DNA from: Octopus bimaculoides
Lineage: Eukaryota
NCBI RefSeq assembly: GCF_001194135.2
Contig: NC_069007.1
Location: 18,874,320-18,917,110, forward strand
Length of the DNA stretch: 42,791 bases
Direction of reading: 5' to 3'
Shown: piece after piece, positions 1-13,153 of the stretch
How the letters are laid out: every line of letters starts with the position of its first letter
How positions within the stretch are numbered: the first letter of the stretch is position 1
Program-made: the position numbers and the translations under genes
Notes under the pieces: generated by a model
Databases searched by the model: none
What the model saw: the letters and a program-made list of their open reading frames with translations, nothing else
Told to the model about the DNA's origin: nothing

Positions 1-167
1 ATTTGTCTGAATATTTTTTTATTATACCTAAGGCACCTACTATGATAGGAATTGTTTCTGTTTTTAGATTCCACATTCGGGTTACCTCTATTTCCAGGTC
101 TTTGTATTTTGAAAGTTTTTCCATTTCTTTTAGAGAAACGTTGTCATCTGTTGGTATTGAAACATCA

Positions 168-170
<3 letters not shown>
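1..170 (-). mobile_element. R4/Dong-like non-LTR retrotransposon fragment (restriction-like endonuclease domain), runs off the window
   Basis: Minus frame IDVSIPTDDNVSLKEMEKLSKYKDLEIEVTRMWNLKTETIPIIVGALGIIKK is the RLE (D..P..N..KE.EK..KY..L...W...PI..GALG) motif; joins (ATT)n at ~168. Confidence 0.85.
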
Positions 171-206
<36 letters not shown>

Positions 207-231
207 ATTATTATTATTATAATTATGTATA

Positions 232-458
232 AGGCGGCGAGCTGGCAGAATCGTTAGCACGCCGAACGAAATGCTTAGCGGTATTTCGCTCGTCGCTACG
301 TTCAAATTCCTCCGAGGTCGACTTTGCCTTTCATCTTTTCGGGGTCGATGAATTAAGTGCCAGTCAAGTACTTGGGTTGATGTGATCGAATATCCAGTCC
401 CCCGCCCCAAATTCCAGGCCTTGTGCCTATAGTAGAAAGGATTATTATTATTATTATT
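232..458 (+). mobile_element. tRNA-derived SINE, family A (ggcggcgagctggcagaa head) with (ATT)n tail
   Basis: A box tggcagaatcg (243-253), B-box-like gttcaaattcc (300-310), body ggggtcgat..aattaagt; at least five copies in the window. Confidence 0.85.
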
Positions 459-781
459 AGTTGCTGATATAACTATCAAAGTTGCGAAGTACGACGACAA
501 ACGGTTTTCTTTCAAAGCTACCCGTAATAAGAATTGGGTTAAGGGTAGATCGCGCGCGCGCGTGTGTGTGTGTGTGTGTGTGTGTGTGGTTACCTGCTCA
601 AATCCCTGCAATTGATACTGTAGTGAACTGATGTAACCGCAGATGATCGAGGTGGGGTGTAACAGGTTAGTAGATAACAGAGGTGTGTGTACATACATAC
701 ATACATGCTTACATGCATACATACATACATACGTAAATACTTAACATATACATTCGTACATGTATAAATACATACATACAT

Positions 782-888
<107 letters not shown>

Positions 889-1030
889 CATAAACACATT
901 AATGCATACTTATACATTCACGCACACATATATACATACACTCACGCGCATACACACACATACACATATATACACATATACATACTGACATTTATACACA
1001 TTCACATGAGTGCATTTGTACGTATGTGTT

Positions 1031-1061
<31 letters not shown>

Positions 1062-1728
1062 NNNNNNNNNNNNNNNNNNNNNNNNNNNNNNNNNNNNNNN
1101 NNNNNNNNNNNNNNNNNNNNNNNNNNNNNNNNNNNNNNNNNNNNNNNNNNNNNNNNNNNNNNNNNNNNNNNNNNNNNNNNNNNNNNNNNNNNNNNNNNNN
1201 NNNNNNNNNNNNNNNNNNNNNNNNNNNNNNNNNNNNNNNNNNNNNNNNNNNNNNNNNNNNNNNNNNNNNNNNNNNNNNNNNNNNNNNNNNNNNNNNNNNN
1301 NNNNNNNNNNNNNNNNNNNNNNNNNNNNNNNNNNNNNNNNNNNNNNNNNNNNNNNNNNNNNNNNNNNNNNNNNNNNNNNNNNNNNNNNNNNNNNNNNNNN
1401 NNNNNNNNNNNNNNNNNNNNNNNNNNNNNNNNNNNNNNNNNNNNNNNNNNNNNNNNNNNNNNNNNNNNNNNNNNNNNNNNNNNNNNNNNNNNNNNNNNNN
1501 TATATATATATATATATATATGTACATACATAGATATACATTATAATATATATATAGAGTGACACATATATATTCACACACACACTACATATGCACATAC
1601 ACACTCACACACACATACACGCGCACATATATACACTTATATAAATATGTATATACAAACGGTAGTGTACTTCACAAGTGGTTAAATACATAAACCTATG
1701 TGAATACACACGTATTAAAGTAACTTAC

Positions 1729-1833
1729 CCTGTCTTTCTGTAGCCATTGCTGTACAATGTATGTCTGGTTGTTAGGTATGGCAATTTCATCGCATACACA
1801 CAACACTTGAAGCAGGTCGAGAAATCTATAATT
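1729..1833 (-). CDS. ITPR: ITPR-like exon, 105 nt, phase 0-0: [35 protein letters not shown] (RIH region)
   Basis: Acceptor attatttttacag (1834 upward), donor gtaagt (1723-1728); resembles IP3R1 [24 protein letters not shown] and RyR [21 protein letters not shown]. Confidence 0.93.
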
Positions 1834-3436
1834 CTGTAAAAATAATCAATAATTAATTACAATTATCTTTTTTCATCTTTTTACTGCTTGTCAAAAATAT
1901 AGTGCCTATTTTATGAATATATCTTCCGCAATTCGATTCGTTTACCTATATTTCTACATCTCTGTTAATATATCTTCCGCAATTCGATTCGTTTACCTAT
2001 ATTTCTACATCTCTGTTAATATATCTTCCGCAATTCGATTCGTTTACCTATATATCTACATCTCTGTTAATATATATATATTGTGATATGAAGGCGGCGA
2101 GGTAGAAACGCTAGCACACCGGGCGAAGTGCTTAACAGTATTTCGTCTGCCATTAGGTTCTGAGCTCAAATTCCGCCGAGATCGACTTTGCTTTTCATCC
2201 TTTCACGGTCGATAAATTAAGTACCAGTTGCGTACTGGAGTCGATCTAATCGACTGGCACCCTCCCCTCAAAAATTTCAGGCCTTGTGCTTAGAGCAGAA
2301 AAGAATATATATTGTGATATCGCTGTATATATTCACTCTTCTTCTGACGATGGATTAGGCTAATCGCACGTCTTACACCCGTGCTATTACATATATACAA
2401 ACTTGCACCAATATACGTATATGTAGAGACAATTCATAAAGCAGCTTCTAATGAGCACCTATCCCAGAAACAGCTGTAAAGAACTACCTGCATTTTCCTA
2501 TCCATTACTTACAAAATTATCACCAGTGAAGCCATGAATTTTATTTTGCTATCTAAGTTGATGCAACACGAAGGATAACTCGAAAGTACCACGAGGCATT
2601 ATATCATATTGCTTATTTATTGGCGGCGGAGTATATAACCCTTGGTGGAAAATTTGGTGTTTTTGGAAGAATCAATTCTTAATTGCCATGTTCTGCCGCT
2701 GACATCAACAAAAAAGCTGTAAACTAGTTACTGTAGAAAACCTGTAACCATGCAGCTATTGTTTACCAATTGGCAGGTAATACAAATCAGAAGCTATTCT
2801 TCATTAGTTGGCATATAAAATAAATACGACGCTATTGTTCACCATAGATGCTGTTGCTCACAGATTAGCATATAAAATAAACCAGACGTTATAGTTCATC
2901 AGTTGGCATATAAAATGTATCCGAGGGTATTGTTCTCCAGTTGGCATATAGAATGCACAGACGTTGTTTTTCTCCAGTTGGCACATTAATAAATCTGATG
3001 CTATTGTTCACCAGTTGGCATATAAAATAAACGAGACGGTATTGTTCACCAGTTGGCGTATAAAACAAATGAGACGCCATTGTTCACCAGTTGGCATATA
3101 AAATAAATCCGACGCTATTGTTCACTAGTTGGCATATAAACTATATCAGATTAAATTGAAAAAAATGTGAACATACCTGATTCTTCTGCAGGAGACTCAC
3201 AAACTCATCGATTTGTGAGTGAGTAATTCGATCAACAATTTTTCTTTTGTCCCTGATTAATTCCACAATCATCTGCGCCACGTTTAAACCAATTCCACCC
3301 TGGAAAAAAAAATCACAGAATTTAATGCTGACGATACGGAAGTTGTTTCCGAAGCTGCGATGGAATTAGAAAAAGACTTTGCAATAACACTGAGTATCTG
3401 CTGCAGTTTTGTGAATGAAACAAAGCGCTACTTCAC

Positions 3437-3516
<80 letters not shown>

Positions 3517-3971
3517 NNNNNNNNNNNNNNNNNNNNNNNNNNNNNNNNNNNNNNNNNNNNNNNNNNNNNNNNNNNNNNNNNNNNNNNNNNNNNNNNNNNN
3601 NNNNNNNNNNNNNNNNNNNNNNNNNNNNNNNNNNNNNNNNNNNNNNNNNNNNNNNNNNNNNNNNNNNNNNNNNNNNNNNNNNNNNNNNNNNNNNNNNNNN
3701 NNNNNNNNNNNNNNNNNNNNNNNNNNNNNNNNNNNNNNNNNNNNNNNNNNNNNNNNNNNNNNNNNNNNNNNNNNNNNNNNNNNNNNNNNNNNNNNNNNNN
3801 NNNNNNNNNNNNNTATATATAATCATAAATATATAGGGAGTAACCTACTGTCAATCCCTATATATTTATGATTATAAATGTTTTTTACCGAAAAGGTTTT
3901 TTCATACTGAGCTACCCAGCAAAATTGTTAATTATTAATTTTATTACTAATTGACGATTCCCTGCCCTGCA

Positions 3972-4054
<83 letters not shown>

Positions 4055-4525
4055 ATATATATATATATATATAGATAGATAGATAGATAGATACTGCAAT
4101 GAACAAATTCCTTCCCCTCTGCCGTATCTTTTCGAATACATTTCCCTTAGATGGAGTTTCTCCAAGTTCTTTTTTAGACGAGTACCTTCTCGGACATACA
4201 TACTGACATACACACACATAATATTTATAATCACATACGTATATGTGTGTATATATCTGTGTGTCAGTATGTGTGCGTGTGTATGTTTGTGAGTCAGTGT
4301 GGTATTAGAAGCTGAAGTTTCTGTTTATTATCTATAGTGTCAGTATTAGAATAAATGTTTAAACCATAGAGTGGATTATACCATAAAATATTTATTTGAT
4401 ATTTTTGGAGTTATGAATATTAATGTTGCTCTGTATGAAGATATCCTAAGAAACATCGGATACATGTAGCTGCTGTAGACTAAAAACATGATACTGCAAG
4501 TATCGGCTCCTTCAATCTCAGCTTT

Positions 4526-4565
<40 letters not shown>

Positions 4566-5040
4566 NNNNNNNNNNNNNNNNNNNNNNNNNNNNNNNNNNN
4601 NNNNNNNNNNNNNNNNNNNNNNNNNNNNNNNNNNNNNNNNNNNNNNNNNNNNNNNNNNNNNNNNNNNNNNNNNNNNNNNNNNNNNNNNNNNNNNNNNNNN
4701 NNNNNNNNNNNNNNNNNNNNNNNNNNNNNNNNNNNNNNNNNNNNNNNNNNNNNNNNNNNNNNNNNNNNNNNNNNNNNNNNNNNNNNNNNNNNNNNNNNNN
4801 NNNNNNNNNNNNNNNNNNNNNNNNNNNNNNNNNNNNNNNNNNNNNNNNNNNNNNNNNNNNNNNNNNNNNNNNNNNNNNNNNNNNNNNNNNNNNNNNNNNN
4901 NNNNNNNNNNNNNNNNNNNNNNNNNNNNNNNNNNNNNNNNNNNNNNNNNNNNNNNNNNNNNNNNNNNNNNNNNNNNNNNNNNNNNNNNNNNNNNNNNNNN
5001 NNNNNNNNNNNNNNNNNNNNNNNNNNNACACACACACACA

Positions 5041-5086
<46 letters not shown>

Positions 5087-5239
5087 AATATACATATATA
5101 CGTATATATACATATATATATATCAACACATGTTCAACTTATGTTAGTCAAGTTACTTCAGTATTCCTCAGGGAGAGATCAGTGTCAGCATTTACAACTT
5201 GTTTCTATTATCACAATCATCATCATCGCCTCTACCACC

Positions 5240-5271
<32 letters not shown>

Positions 5272-7683
5272 CAACAACAACCCAAATAATCACTTTTATT
5301 TTTCATATTCGCAAATTCGAACAACATTGTTGCTGAACATTTTTTCCGCCTATCTTTTTGATATCTCTGCAGGAGACGTAGCTTCCGCATTCTAATTTTA
5401 TGCATCGTTCTTTCTACCAAACCAAAATAAAAGCCAAAAAAAAAAAAAAGCATGTTTAACTAACAATAGCATGTTCTATCACAATATACGGTTGATGATA
5501 AGATTAAATGAATTCTGCAGAATATAAGCACCATCTTTGGGTGAATCTGGAACCGTTTAATATATCCAAATAATAAGACATTTGATGATCTTAAATGAAA
5601 CCCGTACAAACGTAGTCGAGATGTTATATACTTCCGCCTTAGCGAAATCGGAGATATTGTTTTCAGTCGTGTTTGTTTGTGGACAAGGTATCTCAAGAAC
5701 CGCTGGATGGATTCGGATGAAACTTTCAGGGATGTTTGGCCTCGTAACTGGCACAAACTAATTAGATTTTTGGATCGATCCGGTACCAGACAAGGATTCT
5801 GGATTATGTACATACATACATGCACATACATACATACATACATAAGTCGGATGTAGAGGGTTTGTTCGACACTGTGTGAGACGACTGTTGTTATCGTTAG
5901 GCTTAACTCATCGTAAGATAAATAACACCATGACAGATATCCAAACTACAGTGGAGAAGGCTAGCCACTGGATTTGGTTAAAAAGAGACGATGAGCGATG
6001 GCTAGAAGAATATTGAGTTTTATTTCATAACCAATTGATCTAGCAAGCGGGGCCTCATATCAGTGAGGGGGGAGGCCTGTGTGCTTTGATGCCGTCAAGA
6101 GGTAGGCCCCGAAACGGCGCGCATTCGTTTCTGATGACCCCATACACTTGTTGGTTTCGAGTATGCAGACTGGTAGCACTTACATGTGCAAGTTATTTGC
6201 AAAACACACACACACACANNNNNNNNNNNNNNNNNNNNNNNNNNNNNNNNNNNNNNNNNNNNNNNNNNNNNNNNNNNNNNNNNNNNNNNNNNNNNNNNNN
6301 NNNNNNNNNNNNNNNNNNNNNNNNNNNNNNNNNNNNNNNNNNNNNNNNNNNNNNNNNNNNNNNNNNNNNNNNNNNNNNNNNNNNNNNNNNNNNNNNNNNN
6401 NNNNNNNNNNNNNNNNNNNNNNNNNNNNNNNNNNNNNNNNNNNNNNNNNNNNNNNNNNNNNNNNNNNNNNNNNNNNNNNNNNNNNNNNNNNNNNNNNNNN
6501 NNNNNNNNNNNNNNNNNNNNNNNNNNNNNNNNNNNNNNNNNNNNNNNNNNNNNNNNNNNNNNNNNNNNNNNNNNNNNNNNNNNNNNNNNNNNNNNNNNNN
6601 NNNNNNNNNNNNNNNNNNNNNNNNNNNNNNNNNNNNNNNNNNNNNNNNNNNNNNNNNNNNNNNNNNNNNNNNNNNNNNNNNNNNNNNNNNNNNNNNNNNN
6701 NNNNNNNNNNNNNNNNNNNNNNNNNNNNNNNNNNNNNNNNNNNNNNNNNNNNNNNNNNNNNNNNNNNNNNNNNNNNNNNNNNNNNNNNNNNNNNNNNNNN
6801 NNNNNNNNNNNNNNNNNNNNNNNNNNNNNNNNNNNNNNNNNNNNNNNNNNNNNNNNNNNNNNNNNNNNNNNNNNNNNNNNNNNNNNNNNNNNNNNNNNNN
6901 NNNNNNNNNNNNNNNNNNNNNNNNNNNNNNNNNNNNNNNNNNNNNNNNNNNNNNNNNNNNNNNNNNNNNNNNNNNNNNNNNNNNNNNNNNNNNNNNNNNN
7001 NNNNNNNNNNNNNNNNNNNNNNNNNNNNNNNNNNNNNNNNNNNNNNNNNNNNNNNNNNNNNNNNNNNNNNNNNNNNNNNNNNNNNNNNNNNNNNNNNNNN
7101 NNNNNNNNNNNNNNNNNNNNNNNNNNNNNNNNNNNNNNNNNNNNNNNNNNNNNNNNNNNNNNNNNNNNNNNNNNNNNNNNNNNNNAACACACACACACAC
7201 TCATACACACATGCATTCGCACACACACATATACGTGCACACACACACACACACGCGCATACGCACACTCACGCGCACATACACACCCACGCCCACGCAC
7301 ACACACACACACGCACGCACATACACAAACACACGATTATAAACCTACTCAAACTTACTCGTAGATTGCGCATTAATTTCTGTCGATTTTTGTCCGTGAT
7401 TCCACACACAATCATAAACAACCGTAATTCATCCATTGCCTGCAACAGAAGAATCATAGAAAAGTCTTTGAGAAAGTCTCTTAATGTGTCATTAGCAAAC
7501 GCGTTAATTGAGTTACTAATTAGATGGTAATTGAGTCCCTCATGAGATGGCAAATGAACCACTGAAGGTGAGCGCAGCCAACGATGGGGGGTTTTTAAGG
7601 GATGAGGAGGTGTTGAGGGGACCAAAGAGGGGGTTAATTGAGTCACCGAGGTGGTTTCTTGTATGTGTTTGTATGTATGTGTG

Positions 7684-7715
<32 letters not shown>

Positions 7716-7726
7716 TCTATCGATCT

Positions 7727-7757
<31 letters not shown>

Positions 7758-8029
7758 NNNNNNNNNNNNNNNNNNNNNNNNNNNNNNNNNNNNNNNNNNN
7801 NNNNNNNNNNNNNNNNNNNNNNNNNNNNNNNNNNNNNNNNNNNNNNNNNNNNNNNNNNNNNNNNNNNNNNNNNNNNNNNNNNNNNNNNNNNNNNNNNNNN
7901 NNNNNNNNNNNNNNNNNNNNNNNNNNNNNNNNNNNNNNNNNNNNNNNNNNNNNNNNNNNNNNNNNNNNNNNNNNNNNNNNNNNNNNNNNNNNNNNNNNNN
8001 NNNNNNNNNNNNNNNNNNNNNNNNNNNNN

Positions 8030-8080
<51 letters not shown>

Positions 8081-9731
8081 ATGTATATGTATACTTATTA
8101 TGCATATACGGTGCATGGCTCAGTGATTAGAGCGTCGGGCTCACTATCATGAGGTAGAGAGTTCGATTCCCTGACCGGGTCAGTATGTTGTGTTTTCGAG
8201 CAAGACACTTTATTTCACAGAAATGCAAAAACAAACAGAAATAAACGTTAATAAAAAGGAAGAGAAAGACGAAATTAAAACTTAGTAAAGCGAGGAAACA
8301 ATTCACAAAATGGCGAATTTATTGATGTGAATAGAAATGTCGTCACTTACCGATAATACTGCGTGTGTCTTTTTAGAATTCAGAAAATGGCCATCATTCC
8401 TCTGTGAAAGAGACATATATATATGTTTTACCAAATTCTTTAAGAGATATATACATATTACAGATATATACAAAGACGTATATTTACTCTTAATACGTTC
8501 AGGCAGATTCGAACGCGAGTATGCTAATCGCTGCAGTGTTTCGTCACAGGAGAAAGTTTCTCCTTTTGCCACAACTAAGTGTTTGTAAGACAATCGATTC
8601 ATTGATGCAAGGGACTCTGGGAAACCCGTGTATCCGCATGCGCTGATCAATAAATCTGACAAGGGCCGATGGTCTTGTTTATAGTTTCAGCGAATAAGTA
8701 GTTCGCTGATCTACGCTAATATCTGCCAACCGTTAATAAGTCATCGTATTCTCGGTGAACAGCGAGAATATCAAACCGATTACTTACATATTTATCTTTA
8801 AGAGATTCCGGTAGATTTGAACGTGAAAAAGCTAATCGCTTTTGTGTTAGTCTCAGGAAAACAGTTTCTCCTTTATATGGCGACTATGTGTTCATAATAC
8901 ACTCGATCCCTTTGAATCTCTTTGAATACTAATGAATCGAGTACATTGTAAATACAGATTCGTCGTAAAGCAAAAGCTGATCTCTTGCGACGGAACACAA
9001 CAGCGATTAGCATTTTCGTGTTTAAATCTGCCAGAACGTACTAACGATAATTATGTAAGTCTCGCTGTTCTCGTACGAGTGAAGATTTATGACTGGCATA
9101 TAGTTCTCTCGGTGTATGCGCGTGGCTGAGTGGTTAGGGCATTCGGCTCACGATTGCTGGGTCGTGAGTTCAATTCACGGCAACGCGTTGTGTCCTTGAG
9201 CAAGTCACTTTATTTCACGTTGCTCCAGTCCACTCAGCTGGCAAAAATGAGTAGTACTTGTTATTTCAAAGGGGCCAGCCTCGTCCCACTCTGTGTCACG
9301 TTGAATCTCCCTGAGAACTACGTTAAGGGTACACGTGTCTGTGAAGTTCTCAGCCACATGCCCGTTAATTTCACAAGCAGGCTGTTCCGTTGATCGGATC
9401 AACTGGGGCCCTCGTCGTCGTAACCGACGGAGTACCAGTTATAGTTTTCTCAGAATAAATAATTTAGTATTTTAAAGAATGATTCATCATCTACTCGGAA
9501 AAAAGTATATANNNNNNNNNNNNNNNNNNNNNNNNNNNNNNNNNNNNNNNNNNNNNNNNNNNNNNNNNNNNNNNNNNNNNNNNNNNNNNNNNNNNNNNNN
9601 NNNNNNNNNNNNNNNNNNNNNNNNNNNNNNNNNNNNNNNNNNNNNNNNNNNNNNNNNNNNNNNNNNNNNNNNNNNNNNNNNNNNNNNNNNNNNNNNNNNN
9701 NNNNNNNNNNNNNNNNNNNNNNNNNNNNNNN

Positions 9732-9765
<34 letters not shown>

Positions 9766-9969
9766 TTAATGTAGATAGGCGCTATAATTATAATGCCTGA
9801 ATCATGTAAGTATTTTCTGTTCCTTTTAAGCGTTTATTTAATAGAACATTTGTTAAAACTTATCTCTTTTGTGTTCTCTTTAATTTGGTGTTCATTAGTT
9901 TCATAATACAATTTTAATGCCTACGCAGACTTCTTACATTTTTATCATTATATCTGCCTGCCTGCCTGC

Positions 9970-10002
<33 letters not shown>

Positions 10003-10248
10003 ATCATCATCATCGTCGTCGTCATCACCATCATCATGATCATCATGATCATCATCGTCATCGCCATCATCATCATCATCATCATCATCATCGCCATCAT
10101 CATCATCGCCATCATCATCATCGCCATCATCATCATCGCCATCATCATCATCGCCNNNNNNNNNNNNNNNNNNNNNNNNNNNNNNNNNNNNNNNNNNNNN
10201 NNNNNNNNNNNNNNNNNNNNNNNNNNNNNNNNNNNNNNNNNNNNNNNN

Positions 10249-10281
<33 letters not shown>

Positions 10282-10309
10282 GTCGTCATCATCGTCGTCG
10301 TCATCGTCA

Positions 10310-10341
<32 letters not shown>

Positions 10342-12973
10342 GTTTCAACGACCACTTTTCCATGCCTGCATGGGTCGGACGGACTTTATCGAGGCAAATT
10401 TTCTACGGCTGGATGCTCTTTCTGTTGTCAACCCTTATCTGTTTCCCAGGCAAAACAATATTCCCCCATGGCCAGACATACTTTCGCAGAATATTGGAAA
10501 TGACTGACGCTGTGTCTATGACAGTGACACTCGTTTACAACTATCACGTGACACAAACTCTTTCTCTTTGAAGTCACGTCCAGCTCTCGTTTCATTCAGA
10601 TTATGTTACGTCCACAGAACACTTTGTCAAACTTTACTTACGTCTTTAATGAGATTGAGCAAGAAGGGGACCATGCCAGCCACAAAGTTAAATTCATCTT
10701 CATTTTCCAACTCCACCATGTGTATTGTAAAAGCGTCATCATACATACTTTCCCCACTGGCAGCTACCTGCAACGCACAACAAAATACAATTAACAAACG
10801 TTTAATTAAAATTCCGAAATTACAAACCATCCCAAATCGAAAGAGAAGCTCCGCAAATGAACCGTTAGGTTTCTTTTGCCGAACCGTTAAGTTACGGGGA
10901 CGTAAACACACCGGCATCAGTTGTCAAGCGATTTGTTGGGGGGCAAACACAGACACATTGACCGTTGACTGAACACTATTCAACTTTTTTTCTCCGTGTT
11001 TTTCTCCTTGTCTCCGTATTCTTTCTGTTGAAGAGCGTAGCTCGAAACGTCAAAGACTTTCCGTATTCCCGAGCGTCATACTAATACATCCTTTTGTTAT
11101 TTACACCACCTGTCCTCGTCTGTTGTTGTTTTTTCGTACATTCTCCCATATATATGTATACATATATACGACGGGCTTCTTTCAGTTTCCGTCTACCAAA
11201 TCCACTCACAAGGCTTTGGTCGGCCCGAGGCTATAGTAGAAGACACTTGCCCAAGCTGCCACGCAGTGGGTATGAACCCGGAACTATGTGGTTGGTAAGC
11301 AAGCNNNNNNNNNNNNNNNNNNNNNNNNNNNNNNNNNNNNNNNNNNNNNNNNNNNNNNNNNNNNNNNNNNNNNNNNNNNNNNNNNNNNNNNNNNNNNNNN
11401 NNNNNNNNNNNNNNNNNNNNNNNNNNNNNNNNNNNNNNNNNNNNNNNNNNNNNNNNNNNNNNNNNNNNNNNNNNNNNNNNNNNNNNNNNNNNNNNNNNNN
11501 NNNNNNNNNNNNNNNNNNNNNNNNNNNNNNNNNNNNNNNNNNNNNNNNNNNNNNNNNNNNNNNNNNNNNNNNNNNNNNNNNNNNNNNNNNNNNNNNNNNN
11601 NNNNNNNNNNNNNNNNNNNNNNNNNNNNNNNNNNNNNNNNNNNNNNNNNNNNNNNNNNNNNNNNNNNNNNNNNNNNNNNNNNNNNNNNNNNNNNNNNNNN
11701 NNNNNNNNNNNNNNNNNNNNNNNNNNNNNNNNNNNNNNNNNNNNNNNNNNNNNNNNNNNNNNNNNNNNNNNNNNNNNNNNNNNNNNNNNNNNNNNNNNNN
11801 NNNNNNNNNNNNNNNNNNNNNNNNNNNNNNNNNNNNNNNNNNNNNNNNNNNNNNNNNNNNNNNNNNNNNNACACACACACACACACAAGAGAAAAAATAG
11901 TTCTCAACCTGTCGGACTTGGGCACCGTCCCAACGCACACCTCGCATCCCTTGTTCACTGTCTGCACATCGAAACTGTTTCCTGATATAATCTTCATCTG
12001 AAAATAAAAATTGAAAAATGAAAAAATTATTAAAAAAAAAACAAACCTCTGAATTTTTTCTTCAATTTTTTTTTAGCTTTGAGAAATATTTCTTTTAACG
12101 ATTCTCAGATGGAATTATGGCAGTGGTTAGGGTTCTTGCACTTATGATCGCAAGATTGTGGTTTCGATTCCCGACGAATCTTGAGCAAAAAAATAAATAA
12201 ATAAAACGCTTCACTTCATGTTGTTCCAGTCCCCTTAGCTGTAAACAAGTCTCCCGTTCAGGGGTGTTGTTGTGATCTCGGTAACTTATACGCCATAGAA
12301 ACCAGGTGCCTGGCCCGATGAGCCCTAGGACTCGAGACAGTAACGTTTAGGGGTCTTCTCTGTTTTTTTTTACTGGTGGAATTAATCTAAGGAACTTGGA
12401 AACTCTCGCGTAAAGAGCTTTTCAGAAAGTAAAGTTCTATAATCGAGAAACAGCAGTCAAATCTAAGCGAATTCGTACCTTCCCGAAGGACAAATTATAT
12501 AACGTAGGAACACCTTTTGATTATAAGTTTACTAGGTCAAAGTTGATCTGGGGGTCAAACGACAACGAGTTGGAGTGGTCATGGTTGAAATGTCCTCAGT
12601 CATATGTATGTCTGCTGGGTCAGAGCTGATATTGGGCAAAGCATCATCATCACCATCATAGTCATCATCGTCATCCTCCTCCTCCTCACCATCATCATCC
12701 TCATTCGTATAATCATCATCATCATCATCATCGTCATCATCATCATCATCATCATCATCGTCGTCATCATCGTCGTCATCATCGTCATTGTCGTCGTCGT
12801 CGTCATCGTCATCGTCGTCATCATCATCATCACCATAATCATCATCATCACCATCATCGTCATCATCATCATCATAGTCATCGTCATCATCATCTTCATC
12901 GTCATCATCATCATCATCACAAATATCACCATCACCATCGTCATCAACATCATTGTTCTCTTCCACTTCATCA

Positions 12974-13006
<33 letters not shown>

Positions 13007-13108
13007 CATCATCATCACCATCATAGTTACCATCATCACCATGGTCGTTGCCATCACCACCATCTTCACCATCGCCGTCACCATTAACATATTACCACCA
13101 TCACCATC

Positions 13109-13153
<45 letters not shown>

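Noticed and set aside
594-680. Candidate next ITPR exon ending at a gtaacc donor
   Set aside because: No frame resembles the expected IP3R continuation
2767-3150. CRISPR-like repeat-spacer appearance
   Set aside because: The spacers are homologous to each other, the context is eukaryotic, and there are no cas genes
6088-6142. Hammerhead from gccgtc / gaaacggc / ctgatga
   Set aside because: The elements are in a non-permissible order and stem II (cccc versus cccc) cannot pair
8111-9180. tRNA genes at 8111 and 9118 (also 232 and 27903)
   Set aside because: The A/B boxes run into shared SINE bodies, with TSDs on some copies; no complete cloverleaf seen
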